A DNA stretch of 64,000 nt from an uncultured Planctomycetota bacterium (GTDB lineage Bacteria; Planctomycetota; PLA2; JAEUHO01): assembly GCA_963752285.1 (NCBI GenBank), contig CAVVXN010000005.1, forward strand, positions 2,208,001 through 2,272,000, in the 5' to 3' direction. A program made the position numbers and the translations under genes. The notes under the pieces were generated by a model, which worked only from the letters and a program-made list of their open reading frames with translations, was not told the DNA's origin and searched no databases. Below, piece by piece: positions 1 through 9,551 of this stretch (position 1 is its first letter; each line of letters begins with the position of its first letter).

Positions 1-1010
1 GGGTCGTCCACCTCGAGCCAGGCGTTCGCCTGGAGCTCCGCCCCGTGCCCCTCGATCTCGTAGGGCGGATCGAACACGCCCTCGACCTGGGCCGGGTCGG
101 GCGGGGCGACCTCGAGGACGATGGCGCCGTCCTCCCGCGCCACCACCTTCTGGCCCACGGCGTCGGGAAACGCGCGGTCCAGGCCCCGGCCGACGATCCG
201 GTAGCGCGCGTGGCGAAGCGCCCGGGGCGCGTCGATCCGACCCTTCGGCTCGATCAGGCTCTTCACGAAGAGCTCCTTCGGCTCGACGTCGGCCTTCGCC
301 ACCGCCTCCTCGGTGCGGACCATGCGGAGCGTCCCGAACATCGGTGCGGGGATCTCCATCACCCAGGGCGTTCCCGCCTCGTCTACCCAGGAGACCTGCG
401 GGCCGGGGAGCAGCTGGCTCTTCACCTCGGTTCGGTAGAGGGACTTCTCGCGCCCGAGGACGTCGACGGTCTCCACCGGCCCCACCGTCACCTCGGCATG
501 ATCGACGAACCCCTTCGCCTCGGCTTCGAACGCATCGACGGGATAGGTGGTGCCCGCCTTGAACCCCTTCGCGATGGACAGCCGTTCGACGGCGGCCGGA
601 CCGAGCGCGCCCTCGGGGTAGGCGACCTCGTCCGTCCTGGTCCCGTTCGTCACCCGGAGCTTCCCGTCGGCGAGCCGTCCCTGCATCACGTTGGCCTGGG
701 CGCCGATCTCGGTCTTCTGCGAGAACGACACGACCTGCCCCGCCTCGTCCTCCTCCGTGTGCGACGTCTGCACGATTCGGAGCGGGGTGCCCCCTCGCGC
801 GATCGTCATGTCCATCTCGAGGTCGGAGATCCAGCGCAGGCCCTCCGCGTCCTCCGCGCGCGTCCGGGACGTGTGCACCCAACCGAGCTTCGTGCCTCCG
901 GACTCGAGTGCGTACCACTGGTCTTCGTCGGGCGCGGAGCGCGCGGACGCCGTGAGGAACCCGAGCGGGAGCACGAAGGCGAGGAGCGAGACGAGGATGC
1001 GCGGCTTCAA
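1..1010 (-). CDS. Secreted protein, probably transglutaminase-like domain protein (3' end outside window)
   Basis: Absent from ORF track because no stop lies in the window. TTG start at 1010 with GGAGG RBS. Reads MKPRILVSLLAFVLPLGFLTASARSAPDEDQWYALESGGTKLGW (signal peptide) and ends ...ELQANAWLEVDDP, resembling the segment preceding a transglutaminase-like core. Confidence 0.65.
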   Translation of the reverse strand, partial: MKPRILVSLLAFVLPLGFLTASARSAPDEDQWYALESGGTKLGWVHTSRTRAEDAEGLRWISDLEMDMTIARGGTPLRIVQTSHTEEDEAGQVVSFSQKTEIGAQANVMQGRLADGKLRVTNGTRTDEVAYPEGALGPAAVERLSIAKGFKAGTTYPVDAFEAEAKGFVDHAEVTVGPVETVDVLGREKSLYRTEVKSQLLPGPQVSWVDEAGTPWVMEIPAPMFGTLRMVRTEEAVAKADVEPKELFVKSLIEPKGRIDAPRALRHARYRIVGRGLDRAFPDAVGQKVVAREDGAIVLEVAPPDPAQVEGVFDPPYEIEGHGAELQANAWLEVDD

Positions 1011-1151
1011 GACGGGTCCTCCCGAGGCGCAGGGTCGGACCGTGAGGGTATCGCGCGGGGCAGCGCGCGTCCCTCGGAGCCCGTCCGCCTTCGCCGGCCG
1101 GTGTCGGCACGCGCCGCGCGCGGCACCGCGCGGTCCCCGGTCCTGGGCCGG

Positions 1152-3284
1152 TCACTTGCGGCGCATCTCGTGGACGCCGCGCCAGGCCGGGTCCGGCGGG
1201 GTCGTGCGGTGGGCCTCCGCGCGCTCGAGGAGGATCTCGCTCGGACGGTCGCCGGGATGCGACGCGAGGATCTCCCGGTACAGGACCACCGCGTGTTCGA
1301 AGTCGCGGGCGTGGTACCGCGCGATCGCGATCTCGGCGCGCGACGCGAGGTCCACGGCCGCCGGGTCCGCGCCCTCCCGGAGCCCCAGGAGCTCGTACAC
1401 GAGGACGCTCCGGCTCTTCCCCTTCACGGCCACGCGCTCGATCGGCCGCGCCACGACGACGTCGCCCACGGCCTCTCGCGTCGCCTCGGCCACGAGGATC
1501 GTCGTGGCGTAGCGCTTGTTGAGGCTCTCGAGACGGCTCGCCAGGTTGACGGGATCGCCGATCACCGTGTAGCTGAGGCGCGTGCGGCTGCCGATGTTCC
1601 CGACGATCAGCTCGCCGGTGGCGACGCCCACGCGGACGGTCAGCGGCGGCAGCCCCTCCCCCTCGAGCACGGCCGAGAGCGCGGCGATGCGGCGGCGGAT
1701 CCCGAGCGCCGTCACACAGGCGTCCGTGGCGTGCGTCGGCTTGGGGATGGGCGCGCCCCAGAACGCCATCACGGAGTCGCCCATGTACTTGTCTACGGTT
1801 CCGCCGGTCGCCTCGATCTCCTCGCCCACGGCCTCGAAGTAGCGGCCGAGGACCTCGACCATCTTCTCGGGGGCCAGGCGCTCGGCCATCGGCGTGAATC
1901 CGACGATGTCGGTGAAGAGGACGGTCAACGTCTTCCTCTCGCCGCCGAGCGCGATCTCGTGCCCGGTCGAGAGCACGGCCCGCACGAGCTCGGCCGGCAC
2001 GAACTTCTGGAACGAGCGGAGGCCCGCCTTCATCTCCTCCATCGCGCCGTTCAGTCGCGAGAGCTCGGCGAGACGTGTCGGCGCGTGGGGCTTGGGGTCG
2101 AGGCGGAAGTGCCCGATCGCCTCCGTCTCGGCGGCCAGCCGCCGGAGCGGCTGCGAGATGCGCCGCGCGAGGGCCACCGCCAGCATCGTCGAGAGCAACA
2201 GGCTCACGAGGCCGATCACGAGCGTCTCCAGGTTGCTTCGCTCCACCGGCGACATGAGGTCGTCCCGCGGCACCGTGATCCCGATCAGCCAGTGGACGTC
2301 GTGGCGGCTGACGAGCGGCTCCCATGCGCCGACGTACTCGTTGCCCTCCGCGGGGAACTCCGCCTTCGAGAGACCCGCGTGCGGGTCGATCGACCCGCGC
2401 GGCACCGTCGCCATCAACGCGCGGACCGGGACGCTTCGGATCTGCCCGAGCGGGAGGATGTCGTCCTTCTCCTCGCCATCGGCCTCGACCGGCCCCACGA
2501 TGACGTGCGGGTCCGGGTGCGCGATCACGCGGCGCGTGCCGTCCTCCCCCACCTCCACGACGAACGCCTCGCCGTGCTCGAAGATCCCCAGGCTCTTCAG
2601 GTACCTGCCGAGGGCGATCAGGTCGAAGTCGGCCGTCAGCACACCTTGGAACGACCCGTCCTCGCGGTAGATCGGCGTCGCGCAGGTGAGGCCCGGGTAG
2701 TCCTCGTTCGGCTGGTTCTTGAAGAGGTAGACGCGGGGCCAGGTCTGGTGTCCGAGACGCTTCGCGCGGACGTAGTACGGCCGAACGCGCGGGTCGTAGT
2801 CGTCGAAGTCGGTGCTCACCTCGTGGAGCTGGTCGCCGTCCACGACGTAGTTCGACTGGAGCGTCCGACCGTCCGCCTGGATCTCCCGCATCCGGAGCTC
2901 GATCGAGCCGTCGGGCGCCCGGTACGCGTGGCAGTACGCGCCGGTCTCCAGCCCGAGCGAGATGTACGTGAGGTCCGTGGAGAGGAGGATCGAGTCGTAG
3001 AACTGGCGGACGATCTTCGGGAAGTCCTTCGCCGTGACCGAACGGCCCGCGAGGTACTTCTTCTGGACGTCGCTGATCAGCGCCGCGCGGTCCAGGAGGC
3101 TTCGGATGCGGTCGTGGATCCGCTCGGCCGTCTGGTCGAGCACGTGGCCCGAGAGGTCGCCCACGATGAACCGCGCGTTCAGGTACGAGAACACCCCGAC
3201 CACGCCGACCGTCGCGAGGAGGATCGCCAGGACCGTGACGACGAGCGCCGATCGAAACGAGATCCGCCTGGGCGCGCGCGCCAT
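1152..3284 (-). CDS. Membrane-bound class III adenylate/guanylate cyclase (Cache-type sensor, HAMP, cyclase, C-terminal TPR-like helix)
   Basis: Two TM helices flank a periplasmic region, followed by a HAMP-like segment and catalytic motifs LFTDIVGFT, DKYMGDSVMAFW and YTVIGDPVNLASRLE. Confidence 0.93.
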   Translation of the reverse strand: MARAPRRISFRSALVVTVLAILLATVGVVGVFSYLNARFIVGDLSGHVLDQTAERIHDRIRSLLDRAALISDVQKKYLAGRSVTAKDFPKIVRQFYDSILLSTDLTYISLGLETGAYCHAYRAPDGSIELRMREIQADGRTLQSNYVVDGDQLHEVSTDFDDYDPRVRPYYVRAKRLGHQTWPRVYLFKNQPNEDYPGLTCATPIYREDGSFQGVLTADFDLIALGRYLKSLGIFEHGEAFVVEVGEDGTRRVIAHPDPHVIVGPVEADGEEKDDILPLGQIRSVPVRALMATVPRGSIDPHAGLSKAEFPAEGNEYVGAWEPLVSRHDVHWLIGITVPRDDLMSPVERSNLETLVIGLVSLLLSTMLAVALARRISQPLRRLAAETEAIGHFRLDPKPHAPTRLAELSRLNGAMEEMKAGLRSFQKFVPAELVRAVLSTGHEIALGGERKTLTVLFTDIVGFTPMAERLAPEKMVEVLGRYFEAVGEEIEATGGTVDKYMGDSVMAFWGAPIPKPTHATDACVTALGIRRRIAALSAVLEGEGLPPLTVRVGVATGELIVGNIGSRTRLSYTVIGDPVNLASRLESLNKRYATTILVAEATREAVGDVVVARPIERVAVKGKSRSVLVYELLGLREGADPAAVDLASRAEIAIARYHARDFEHAVVLYREILASHPGDRPSEILLERAEAHRTTPPDPAWRGVHEMRRK

Positions 3285-3473
3285 GTTCGTCCGCCGGGGT
3301 CGATTCCGGCACGAGTCTACCGGCGGCCGCCGGAGCGCCCCACGCGCGGTCCCGCGCCCCGAACACGCGACGCGCGGTCCACGGCCCGGTCGCGCGCGGC
3401 GTCGGCCCGGCGAGGTACCGGGCGGGGGGGCGCACCGGGTCGTCGAGGTGTCGCCTCGGCGCGCGCGATCGGG

Positions 3474-5090
3474 TCAGTCGGCCCCGGGATCGGGGACCCC
3501 GCCGTGGTCGAGCGATGCGGCCTCGCGGACGAGGTCGAGGAAGTCCCGGCGGTAACCGTCCGGGTCCTGCCCGAGCGCGCCGCTCGCCTCGGCGAGGACC
3601 GACCGCCACGTGGCGTGGCCCAGGTTCGGCGAGTGTCGGAGCAACATCCCGAACGCGGCGACCGACGCGGCGAAGCGCAGGTCGTCGGACGCCGCCTCGA
3701 AAGAGGCGCCGCGGTCCACGAGTGGGAACGTCAGGATCCGGCTCGCGTCGCCGTCGGGCTGCTTGTAGCGGACCTTTACGAAGAGCGTCTCGTCGGACGC
3801 GGACGTTCGCTCCATGACCGTGGGCTCCGCCCGCTGGTACCGAAGCGGGTCCACGCCGGGGAGCGACGTCGGTAGGCCGGCGGGAACGATCTCGTAGAGC
3901 GCGGTCACGGTGTGCCCCGCGCCCATCTCGCCGGCGTCCTTCTCGTCGTCGTTGAAGGCCTCGCGGGCGAGGAGTCGGTCCTCGTAGCCGAGAAGACGCC
4001 ACGCCGCGACGTGCTCGGGGTTCATCTCGATCTGCACCTTCACGTCCTTCGCCACGCTGAAGAGCGTGCCGCAGGCCTGCTCGACGAGCATCTTCCTCGC
4101 CTCGGCCGGAGTGTCCACGTAGCCGTAGGTGCCGTTCCCCTCGTCGGCGAGCCGCTCGAGCGTGGCGTCCTTGTAGTTCCCCATCCCGAAGCCGAGCACG
4201 GTCAAAAAGACGCCACGCCGGGCCTCGTTCCGGATCAGGTCGGTCAGGCGCGCCGAATCGGTGATCCCGACGTTGAAGTCGCCGTCCGTCGCGAGGAAGA
4301 CGCGGTTGGAGCCCCCGGGGAGGAGATTCCTGACCGCCAGGTCGTACGCCGTCCCGATGCCCGCGCCGGCGTTCGTCGAGCCACTCGCCTGGAGCCGGTC
4401 GATCGCGCGGAGGATGCGGCGATGGTCCGCGCCCGAGGTCGGAGGGAGCACGACGCCCGCGTCGCCCGCGTACGCGACGATCGCCACCTCGTCCTTCGCC
4501 CCGAGCCGACGCACCAGCATGCGCATAGCGCGCTTCACGAGCGGGAGCTTGTTCCCGTCGGCCATCGAGCCGGACACGTCGAGCAGGAAGACGAGGTTCG
4601 CGGGCGGCCGGTCTGCACCGTCGAGGTCGCGCGCCTTGAGGCCGATCCGTACCAGGCGGTGCGAGGGCTCCCAGGGACACGTCGCGGCCTCGATGCGCAC
4701 CGCGAGCGGCGCGCCGTCGGTCGGGGCGGGATCTGCGTACGGGAAGTAGTTGACGAGCTCCTCCAGGCGCACCGCGTCGGGGGGCGGGAGCGTTTTCGCG
4801 TCGAGGAACCGGCGGACGTTCGCGTACGACGCCGTGTCCACGTCGATGGAGAAGGTGGACACGGGTTCCACCTTCGTCTCGCGAAAGCCGTTCTCCGCGA
4901 TGCGGTCGTAGCTCTCGGTGTCGAACGGCCGCGCGACGCCCGGGGCGCCCGCCGGGCACGGAGCGCAGGCCGTCGCGGCGCACGGACCCGACCCCGCCGA
5001 GCCGGCTTGACACGCGGCGAGGGAGAGGCCCGCCAGCGACAGGGCCGCGATCCCTACCCCACGACGAACGAAGCCTCGTAGATCTCCCAT
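3474..5090 (-). CDS. YfbK-like VWA domain lipoprotein (vWF_A, VWA, DUF3520)
   Basis: Lipobox LAAC; STFSIDVDTASY; MIDAS motif DVSGSM; LATDGDFNVG; DAGEMGAGHTVTALYE. Confidence 0.92.
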   Translation of the reverse strand: MGDLRGFVRRGVGIAALSLAGLSLAACQAGSAGSGPCAATACAPCPAGAPGVARPFDTESYDRIAENGFRETKVEPVSTFSIDVDTASYANVRRFLDAKTLPPPDAVRLEELVNYFPYADPAPTDGAPLAVRIEAATCPWEPSHRLVRIGLKARDLDGADRPPANLVFLLDVSGSMADGNKLPLVKRAMRMLVRRLGAKDEVAIVAYAGDAGVVLPPTSGADHRRILRAIDRLQASGSTNAGAGIGTAYDLAVRNLLPGGSNRVFLATDGDFNVGITDSARLTDLIRNEARRGVFLTVLGFGMGNYKDATLERLADEGNGTYGYVDTPAEARKMLVEQACGTLFSVAKDVKVQIEMNPEHVAAWRLLGYEDRLLAREAFNDDEKDAGEMGAGHTVTALYEIVPAGLPTSLPGVDPLRYQRAEPTVMERTSASDETLFVKVRYKQPDGDASRILTFPLVDRGASFEAASDDLRFAASVAAFGMLLRHSPNLGHATWRSVLAEASGALGQDPDGYRRDFLDLVREAASLDHGGVPDPGAD

Positions 5091-5200
5091 GGTCTCCCTC
5101 CCCGGCGGGACGCCATCCAGGTCCCGACCTGGGTACGCGGCGTGCGCGTGCGCGTTGGTCCTTTTGCGGTCCTGGACAGGGCGCGGGCGGGTTCGGAGGC

Positions 5201-5755
5201 GTGCCGCGCCGCTCGTTTGGTCATCGCCCGGTCTCGGAGCGTCGAAGCGCGCATCCGCGCTCGCCCGTTCGGAGCGTCACGTTTCGCGACCTCACCCTCC
5301 ACACGAACGACAACTCCCTCTTCGACGCCCGCACGGACGGCCTGACGATCGTGCTCGACCGGTGCCGGGTCACGGGCTGGGACTGCGGCGCTGGCGGCTC
5401 GGTCCTCCTGGACGGCCGCGGCGCGGCGGTGTGGGCACGCGACACACGGTTCGAAGGGGGATACGGCCGCCATCCCGACGGCGGCAACCTCTTCCGATGC
5501 TCGGCGCACCTCGGGCGCTTCAAAGGCTGCACGATCGAGGGCCCCTTCCGCAGCGTCACGAACAGCGGGGGGCGGAACGCGTCCCTCTACTTCGACCACT
5601 GCGAGCTCGTGGACCTCGCCGACCGGCAGGTGGAGGAGCTCCAGGATCCCCCCCGTTCCGGCGCGACGCTGGTGGGCTCAACGGCCACCACCCGCCCCGG
5701 CGGCGTCCCGGAGCCCCCGACGCGGCGCGACCTCGCGGACACCAACCCCGCCTGA
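5201..5755 (+). CDS. Hypothetical protein, possibly a 5'-truncated beta-helix (pectin-lyase-like) gene remnant
   Basis: From VRSVTFRDLTL onward it shows repeating beta-helix-like strands (TFRDLTL, VLDRCRV, ARDTRFE, FKGCTIE, FDHCEL). The first ~22 codons do not look protein-like. Confidence 0.45.
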   Translation: MPRRSFGHRPVSERRSAHPRSPVRSVTFRDLTLHTNDNSLFDARTDGLTIVLDRCRVTGWDCGAGGSVLLDGRGAAVWARDTRFEGGYGRHPDGGNLFRCSAHLGRFKGCTIEGPFRSVTNSGGRNASLYFDHCELVDLADRQVEELQDPPRSGATLVGSTATTRPGGVPEPPTRRDLADTNPA

Positions 5756-5870
5756 AGCGGAGGCGCGACGCGCTGACGCCACCGCCGTACCCGCCCCCGG
5801 CCGGAGGCGCCCCGCGGGGAACCGGCGGCGGCCATACTCGTCCAACGTCTCGGTTCCCGAGGGAGAGACC

Positions 5871-6362
5871 ATGCGCGTCCGCCTGCTGCCCGCCCTCCTG
5901 CTCTTCGTGTCCGTCGCCTCCCCCCGTCCGACCGCGCGCGCCGACGACACGGCCGCGCCGCCCCCGCCGCTCGATACCGCGGCCGCGCTGGCCGTTCGCG
6001 AGGCCATGGTCGTGCGCCGCGCGAGGAGCGTGGTCCTCGCGCGCGTGAAGCAGGTCCACGAGAGCCCCGGGATCTGGTGCGGTGGCGTCGTCACGTGGCA
6101 GGACGTCGACTGGACGATCGACCGCGTGATCGACGGCGAGGACCCGGGCCCGGAGGTCGTCCTCGGCCACCTCCTCGTCGCGAAGAGCCCGCTCGTCGAC
6201 ACGGAGGCGCGCCTCGACCCGAAGAAGATCTTCGTCGGCCAGCGCGCGCTCCTCTTCCTCGAGGCGGGCGAGGAGCCCGGCCACGTCGGCACGGGCGGCC
6301 ACCCGTGGGCAGTCCACGACGAGGCGTACAGCGTGCGCCTCGTCCCGAAAGGCGATCGCTAG
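5871..6362 (+). CDS. Secreted hypothetical protein
   Basis: GGAGAG RBS, ATG start, signal peptide MRVRLLPALLLFVSVASPRPTARA-DD. Confidence 0.75.
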   Translation: MRVRLLPALLLFVSVASPRPTARADDTAAPPPPLDTAAALAVREAMVVRRARSVVLARVKQVHESPGIWCGGVVTWQDVDWTIDRVIDGEDPGPEVVLGHLLVAKSPLVDTEARLDPKKIFVGQRALLFLEAGEEPGHVGTGGHPWAVHDEAYSVRLVPKGDR

Positions 6363-6465
6363 CGAGAGGAGCGGAGAGCGCGTCGCGGCCGGATGTGGCC
6401 CGCGCGGGGGCCCGCGCGGTCCACTGACCCGTTCCACCGCGAGGCGTCGGCTCGGACGGTGCGGG

Positions 6466-6500
6466 AACGAAAGGGGGGGCGGCCTCGCGGCCGTCCCCCC
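6466..6500 (-). terminator. Intrinsic terminator downstream of phoX
   Basis: Minus strand reads GGGGGGACGGCC-GCGA-GGCCGCCCCCCC followed by TTTCGTT, about 30 nt after the phoX stop. Confidence 0.6.
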
Positions 6501-6527
6501 GCGCACATCGCGCATCGTGTAGTGGGT

Positions 6528-8504
6528 CTAGTCGTTCCCGTGGTGACCGTGGTGACCGTGGTGACCGTGGTGACCGTGGTGGCCGTGGCCATCGCAGTCG
6601 CAGTCGCACAGCGTCCGGAGGTAGCCGACGGAAGCGCTGTGCTTGTCGTTGTAGTAGAGCCTCTCGAGCGGATCGAGCGTGGACTCCACGACGTCGTGCA
6701 GCGGGCTCTCCCAGTCACCGGGATGCTGGAAGTTGCTCAGGACGTAGACGAAGCCGTTCAGGTCGTCGATCGGCTGGAGGCCCGTGGATTCCGCGCCCGC
6801 CGGGCAGGAGAGGATCCGGCTCAGCTTCTTCGTGTCCACGTTGTAGGCCCAGAGGAAGTTGTTGACGTGGTTGCCGCTGTCCTCGCCGACGAACAGCGTG
6901 CGCATCCCTTCGCTGAACTTGACGTTGTCGGGGTTCGCGATCTTGTCCGCGTTCGCGCTGTTGCCGAGGGCGTCGCGTACGGCGAGATCCTCGCCGATCA
7001 GCGCGTCGGGCGCCCACATCGACGTCGGGACCCACTGGCTGTGGATGGAGTGCCCGTCGGAGTCGGGCTGGTGCCCCTCGAGCTGGATCTCATAGACCGC
7101 GCCGGCGACCGGCCCCCCGACGTGGATGTCGGTGGTGCCGTCCGTCATCGACTTGTAGATGTACGACATCGCGACGTACGCACGCTTGTCGGCGCCGTTC
7201 ACCGTCATGCCTTCCATCTTCGAGAACCCCAGGGAGGCGCCGACGAGCGCCGCGTACCGGTGCGTCTCGAGGAACGCGGCCGCCTTCTCCATGCCCGGCT
7301 TCAACCGGACCCAGTTGTTCGCGCCGCTGTAGCGGATCTTCGTGTAGCTCGAGTCGCTCGGATCGACCTTCGAGACGTCCATGATGTCGGCGGCCGTGAT
7401 CCCGCCGTCCACGAGAGCCTGGATCTCGTCGCTCGTCGTGTGGCCGAGCCAGATCCAGGAGAGGTCGGCGGAGCCGGGGCCGACGCCGGAGGTCTGCGTC
7501 CACTTGGCCGCGTAGAGCGTGCCCGCGGACAGGTCGCGCTTGTGGTCCGCCACGAACAGGAACAGCCCGCCGTTCGTGGCGTCGTCGCCCATAAGGACGG
7601 TCCGCTCGTCGGGCAGCACCTGGACCACCTCGTGCGAGATGCGGCCGAGACAGTAGTGCTTCACGATGCTGGCCGTGCCGTCGGCGTGGACGGTCACCTC
7701 GGGGATGTGCCCGTAGTCGTAGGGGTTGGCGGCGCTGGGGTCGCCGAACAGGTTCGTGCTGAAGGCCTCGAGCTGCGCGTTGCTGGCGAGGGTCGCGTCC
7801 GGCTCGTACTCCTCGCTGGACAGGTGCGTGCCCCAGGGCGACGTGCTCGCGGCGCAGGTGATCCAGAGGCCCCGCGCGTCGGACGTGTCCACGTTGTGGT
7901 AGCTGACGAGGCTGAGCTCGCCCGTGCACGAGTCCTGGTCGAGGGTCAGCACCGCGATCGGCGACGGGAGCTTCCCGTACATCGAGTCGCCGTCGTCGTT
8001 GTAGGAGACGTACTCGAACTGCACGACGGCGAAGATGCGCTTGCACCCGTTGCGGTGGGAGTGCGCGCCATCGAGCTGGATCAGGGACATCCCGTCGGGG
8101 CAGTCGGAGAAGAACTGGTGCGAGTCGGCGGACGTCGGATCGACGATCGGCACGCCGTCGATGTCGTAGCAGCCCCCGGCCACGATGGTGCCGCCGCCGG
8201 TCTTCGGCACCACGTCGCCGGTCAGGAAGAGGCTTTCGTACGCGAGGTCGCACGTCTCGGCGTCGTGCGGTCCCCGGATCGTCGTCAGCGAGGACGCGAC
8301 GTAGGTCGACGCCATCTGCGTCGGGTCGGAGAGCGACGGCGCGTCCATCGAGTCGAACACGTAATGGGCATGTGCGCCGCCGGGCGTCGCCTGCGCGACG
8401 TCGGGCGCGCTGCCGAGCCAGGCGGCGACGAGAAGCAGGGAAACGACGGTCAGCAGGGTGCTGCCGAGCGAATGTCGGCGGAACGGACCAACGGGGTGCG
8501 GCAT
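6528..8504 (-). CDS. phoX: PhoX-family alkaline phosphatase (DUF839) with Cys/His-rich C-terminal tail
   Basis: ATG at 8504 with GGAGA RBS; RR-containing signal peptide; motifs CAASTSPWGTHLSSEEYE, GRISHE, KMEG, NPDN, GEDS, AESTG, SNFQHPG. Confidence 0.88.
   Translation of the reverse strand: MPHPVGPFRRHSLGSTLLTVVSLLLVAAWLGSAPDVAQATPGGAHAHYVFDSMDAPSLSDPTQMASTYVASSLTTIRGPHDAETCDLAYESLFLTGDVVPKTGGGTIVAGGCYDIDGVPIVDPTSADSHQFFSDCPDGMSLIQLDGAHSHRNGCKRIFAVVQFEYVSYNDDGDSMYGKLPSPIAVLTLDQDSCTGELSLVSYHNVDTSDARGLWITCAASTSPWGTHLSSEEYEPDATLASNAQLEAFSTNLFGDPSAANPYDYGHIPEVTVHADGTASIVKHYCLGRISHEVVQVLPDERTVLMGDDATNGGLFLFVADHKRDLSAGTLYAAKWTQTSGVGPGSADLSWIWLGHTTSDEIQALVDGGITAADIMDVSKVDPSDSSYTKIRYSGANNWVRLKPGMEKAAAFLETHRYAALVGASLGFSKMEGMTVNGADKRAYVAMSYIYKSMTDGTTDIHVGGPVAGAVYEIQLEGHQPDSDGHSIHSQWVPTSMWAPDALIGEDLAVRDALGNSANADKIANPDNVKFSEGMRTLFVGEDSGNHVNNFLWAYNVDTKKLSRILSCPAGAESTGLQPIDDLNGFVYVLSNFQHPGDWESPLHDVVESTLDPLERLYYNDKHSASVGYLRTLCDCDCDGHGHHGHHGHHGHHGHHGND
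6538..6582 (-). repeat. 9-bp tandem repeat (CCGTGGTGA on +, five units, last imperfect) encoding (GHH)5
   Basis: Read directly from the sequence. Confidence 0.9.
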
Positions 8505-8586
8505 GAACGATCTCCAGGATTCGCGGGAGCGATCCGTGCCCCCGGGCGAACGAGGTGACGTAGGTAGGGCGCGGTGGTGGCGCCGT

Positions 8587-8618
8587 GGTGAATGCGAGGT
8601 GAGAGTTCGGTGAATGCG
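8587..8618 (-). promoter_or_regulatory. PHO-box-like direct repeats, 11-bp period
   Basis: GGTGA on + at 8587, 8598 and 8609. Minus strand reads CATTCACC/CTCTCACC/CATTCACC, 83-114 nt upstream of the phoX start. Confidence 0.65.
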
Positions 8619-9230
8619 TCCCTCGCGTCGGCGACGGCGCGTCGGAGGGTCCGCCACGGTGACTCCTGCGGACGCGCGGCGGGGTCCGCCGAGTCGCCGA
8701 CGCGACGCACGCGGCATCGGGCATCGCGCGCGCAACGCGGACCGCGCGCCGAGACCGCGCGCCGCACGCGCACGACATCGCGCGCGCGTGCGCTCGGGGC
8801 GACGCGTACCCGCCGACGTCGGCTCGGGCCACGGAACGGCGCGCCGTTGCGGAACCACGAGGCCGCGTTCCGAAGACGGGGCAGGGTGCCGGCGCGTCCC
8901 TCGCCGAGACGGGCCGGCCCCCTGGACTCGTCCGAGCCGAGGTCCTCCTCCAGGGAGCCCATCCGAACCGACCGTCGTAAAGAAGCGAAGCGGAGGCGGT
9001 GAATTGCCCCGGGCGATGACCTTCGACCCGCGCCGGTCACGAGGGTCGCGGGAGGCCGACCGAGGTCAGCGAACCGCGCACCGCCGGAGCAGACGCACCC
9101 CCGCCGCGAACCCGACGCGCCGCGAGGCCGCGCCGACCGGACCACGGCACGGGACGGAGGCCGGAACCCGTCCCGCACGAACCGCAGGCGGCTCGATACG
9201 ATGCGCGAGGACTCGGTCGGGAGGTCGCGG

Positions 9231-9323
9231 ATGCGTCACTGGTGGAAGGCCCTGGCCCTCGCTCTTCTCCTCGGCTCGGCGGCGCTCACCTCCGCCTGCG
9301 CGAGCTGCGGTCCCACCGGCTGA
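9231..9323 (+). CDS. 30-aa small protein, putative micro-lipoprotein MRHWWKALALALLLGSAALTSACASCGPTG
   Basis: TACGAT -10 at 9197-9202, GGAGG at 9220-9224, ATG 9231, TGA 9321-9323, followed by a GC hairpin. Classic n/h-region signal peptide ending LTSA-C. Confidence 0.65.
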   Translation: MRHWWKALALALLLGSAALTSACASCGPTG

Positions 9324-9377
9324 CGCCCGGTCGCGCCGCCGGGTGCGGCGCCTCCCCTCATCCGCTAGGGTCGGCCG

Positions 9378-9551
9378 TCAGTCCGACCGCGGGCGGCGCC
9401 CGTGCGCCGCGTCGGCCTCCTTCGCGATGCGCTCGAGCCTCGCGAGGTGCTGGAGGAACGCGCGGCGTCCCGCGGCGGTGAGCCGGTACGTGGTCCGGGG
9501 CTTCCGGTGGACGAACCGCTTGTCGACGGCGACGTCCCGGGCCCGGGCCCC
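9378..9551 (-). pseudogene. 3' half of a winged-helix (HTH_34/ArsR-like) transcriptional regulator, no start codon
   Basis: Translates ...DVAVDKRFVHRKPRTTYRLTAAGRRAFLQHLARLERIAKE..., the wing and final helix of this family. It lies in frame directly after the TGA of the phosphotransferase gene. Confidence 0.7.

Noticed and set aside
45..3875. 1276-aa plus-strand ORF, and similar giant ORFs such as 38485-42240, 43510-47790, 51012-53483 and 60233-63094
   Set aside because: Antisense or off-frame shadows of recognisable genes. Stop codons are rare at this GC content and the translations are Arg/Pro/Gly-rich without motifs.
6538..6582. Short tandem repeats as a possible CRISPR array
   Set aside because: 9-bp units without spacers that encode GHH in frame; no cas genes or repeat-spacer pattern anywhere in the window.
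8620..9190. Long spacer upstream of phoX as a riboswitch or hidden gene
   Set aside because: Only short GC palindromes (e.g. AACGGCGCGCCGTT); no recognisable riboswitch consensus or credible ORF by eye. An Rfam scan would settle it.
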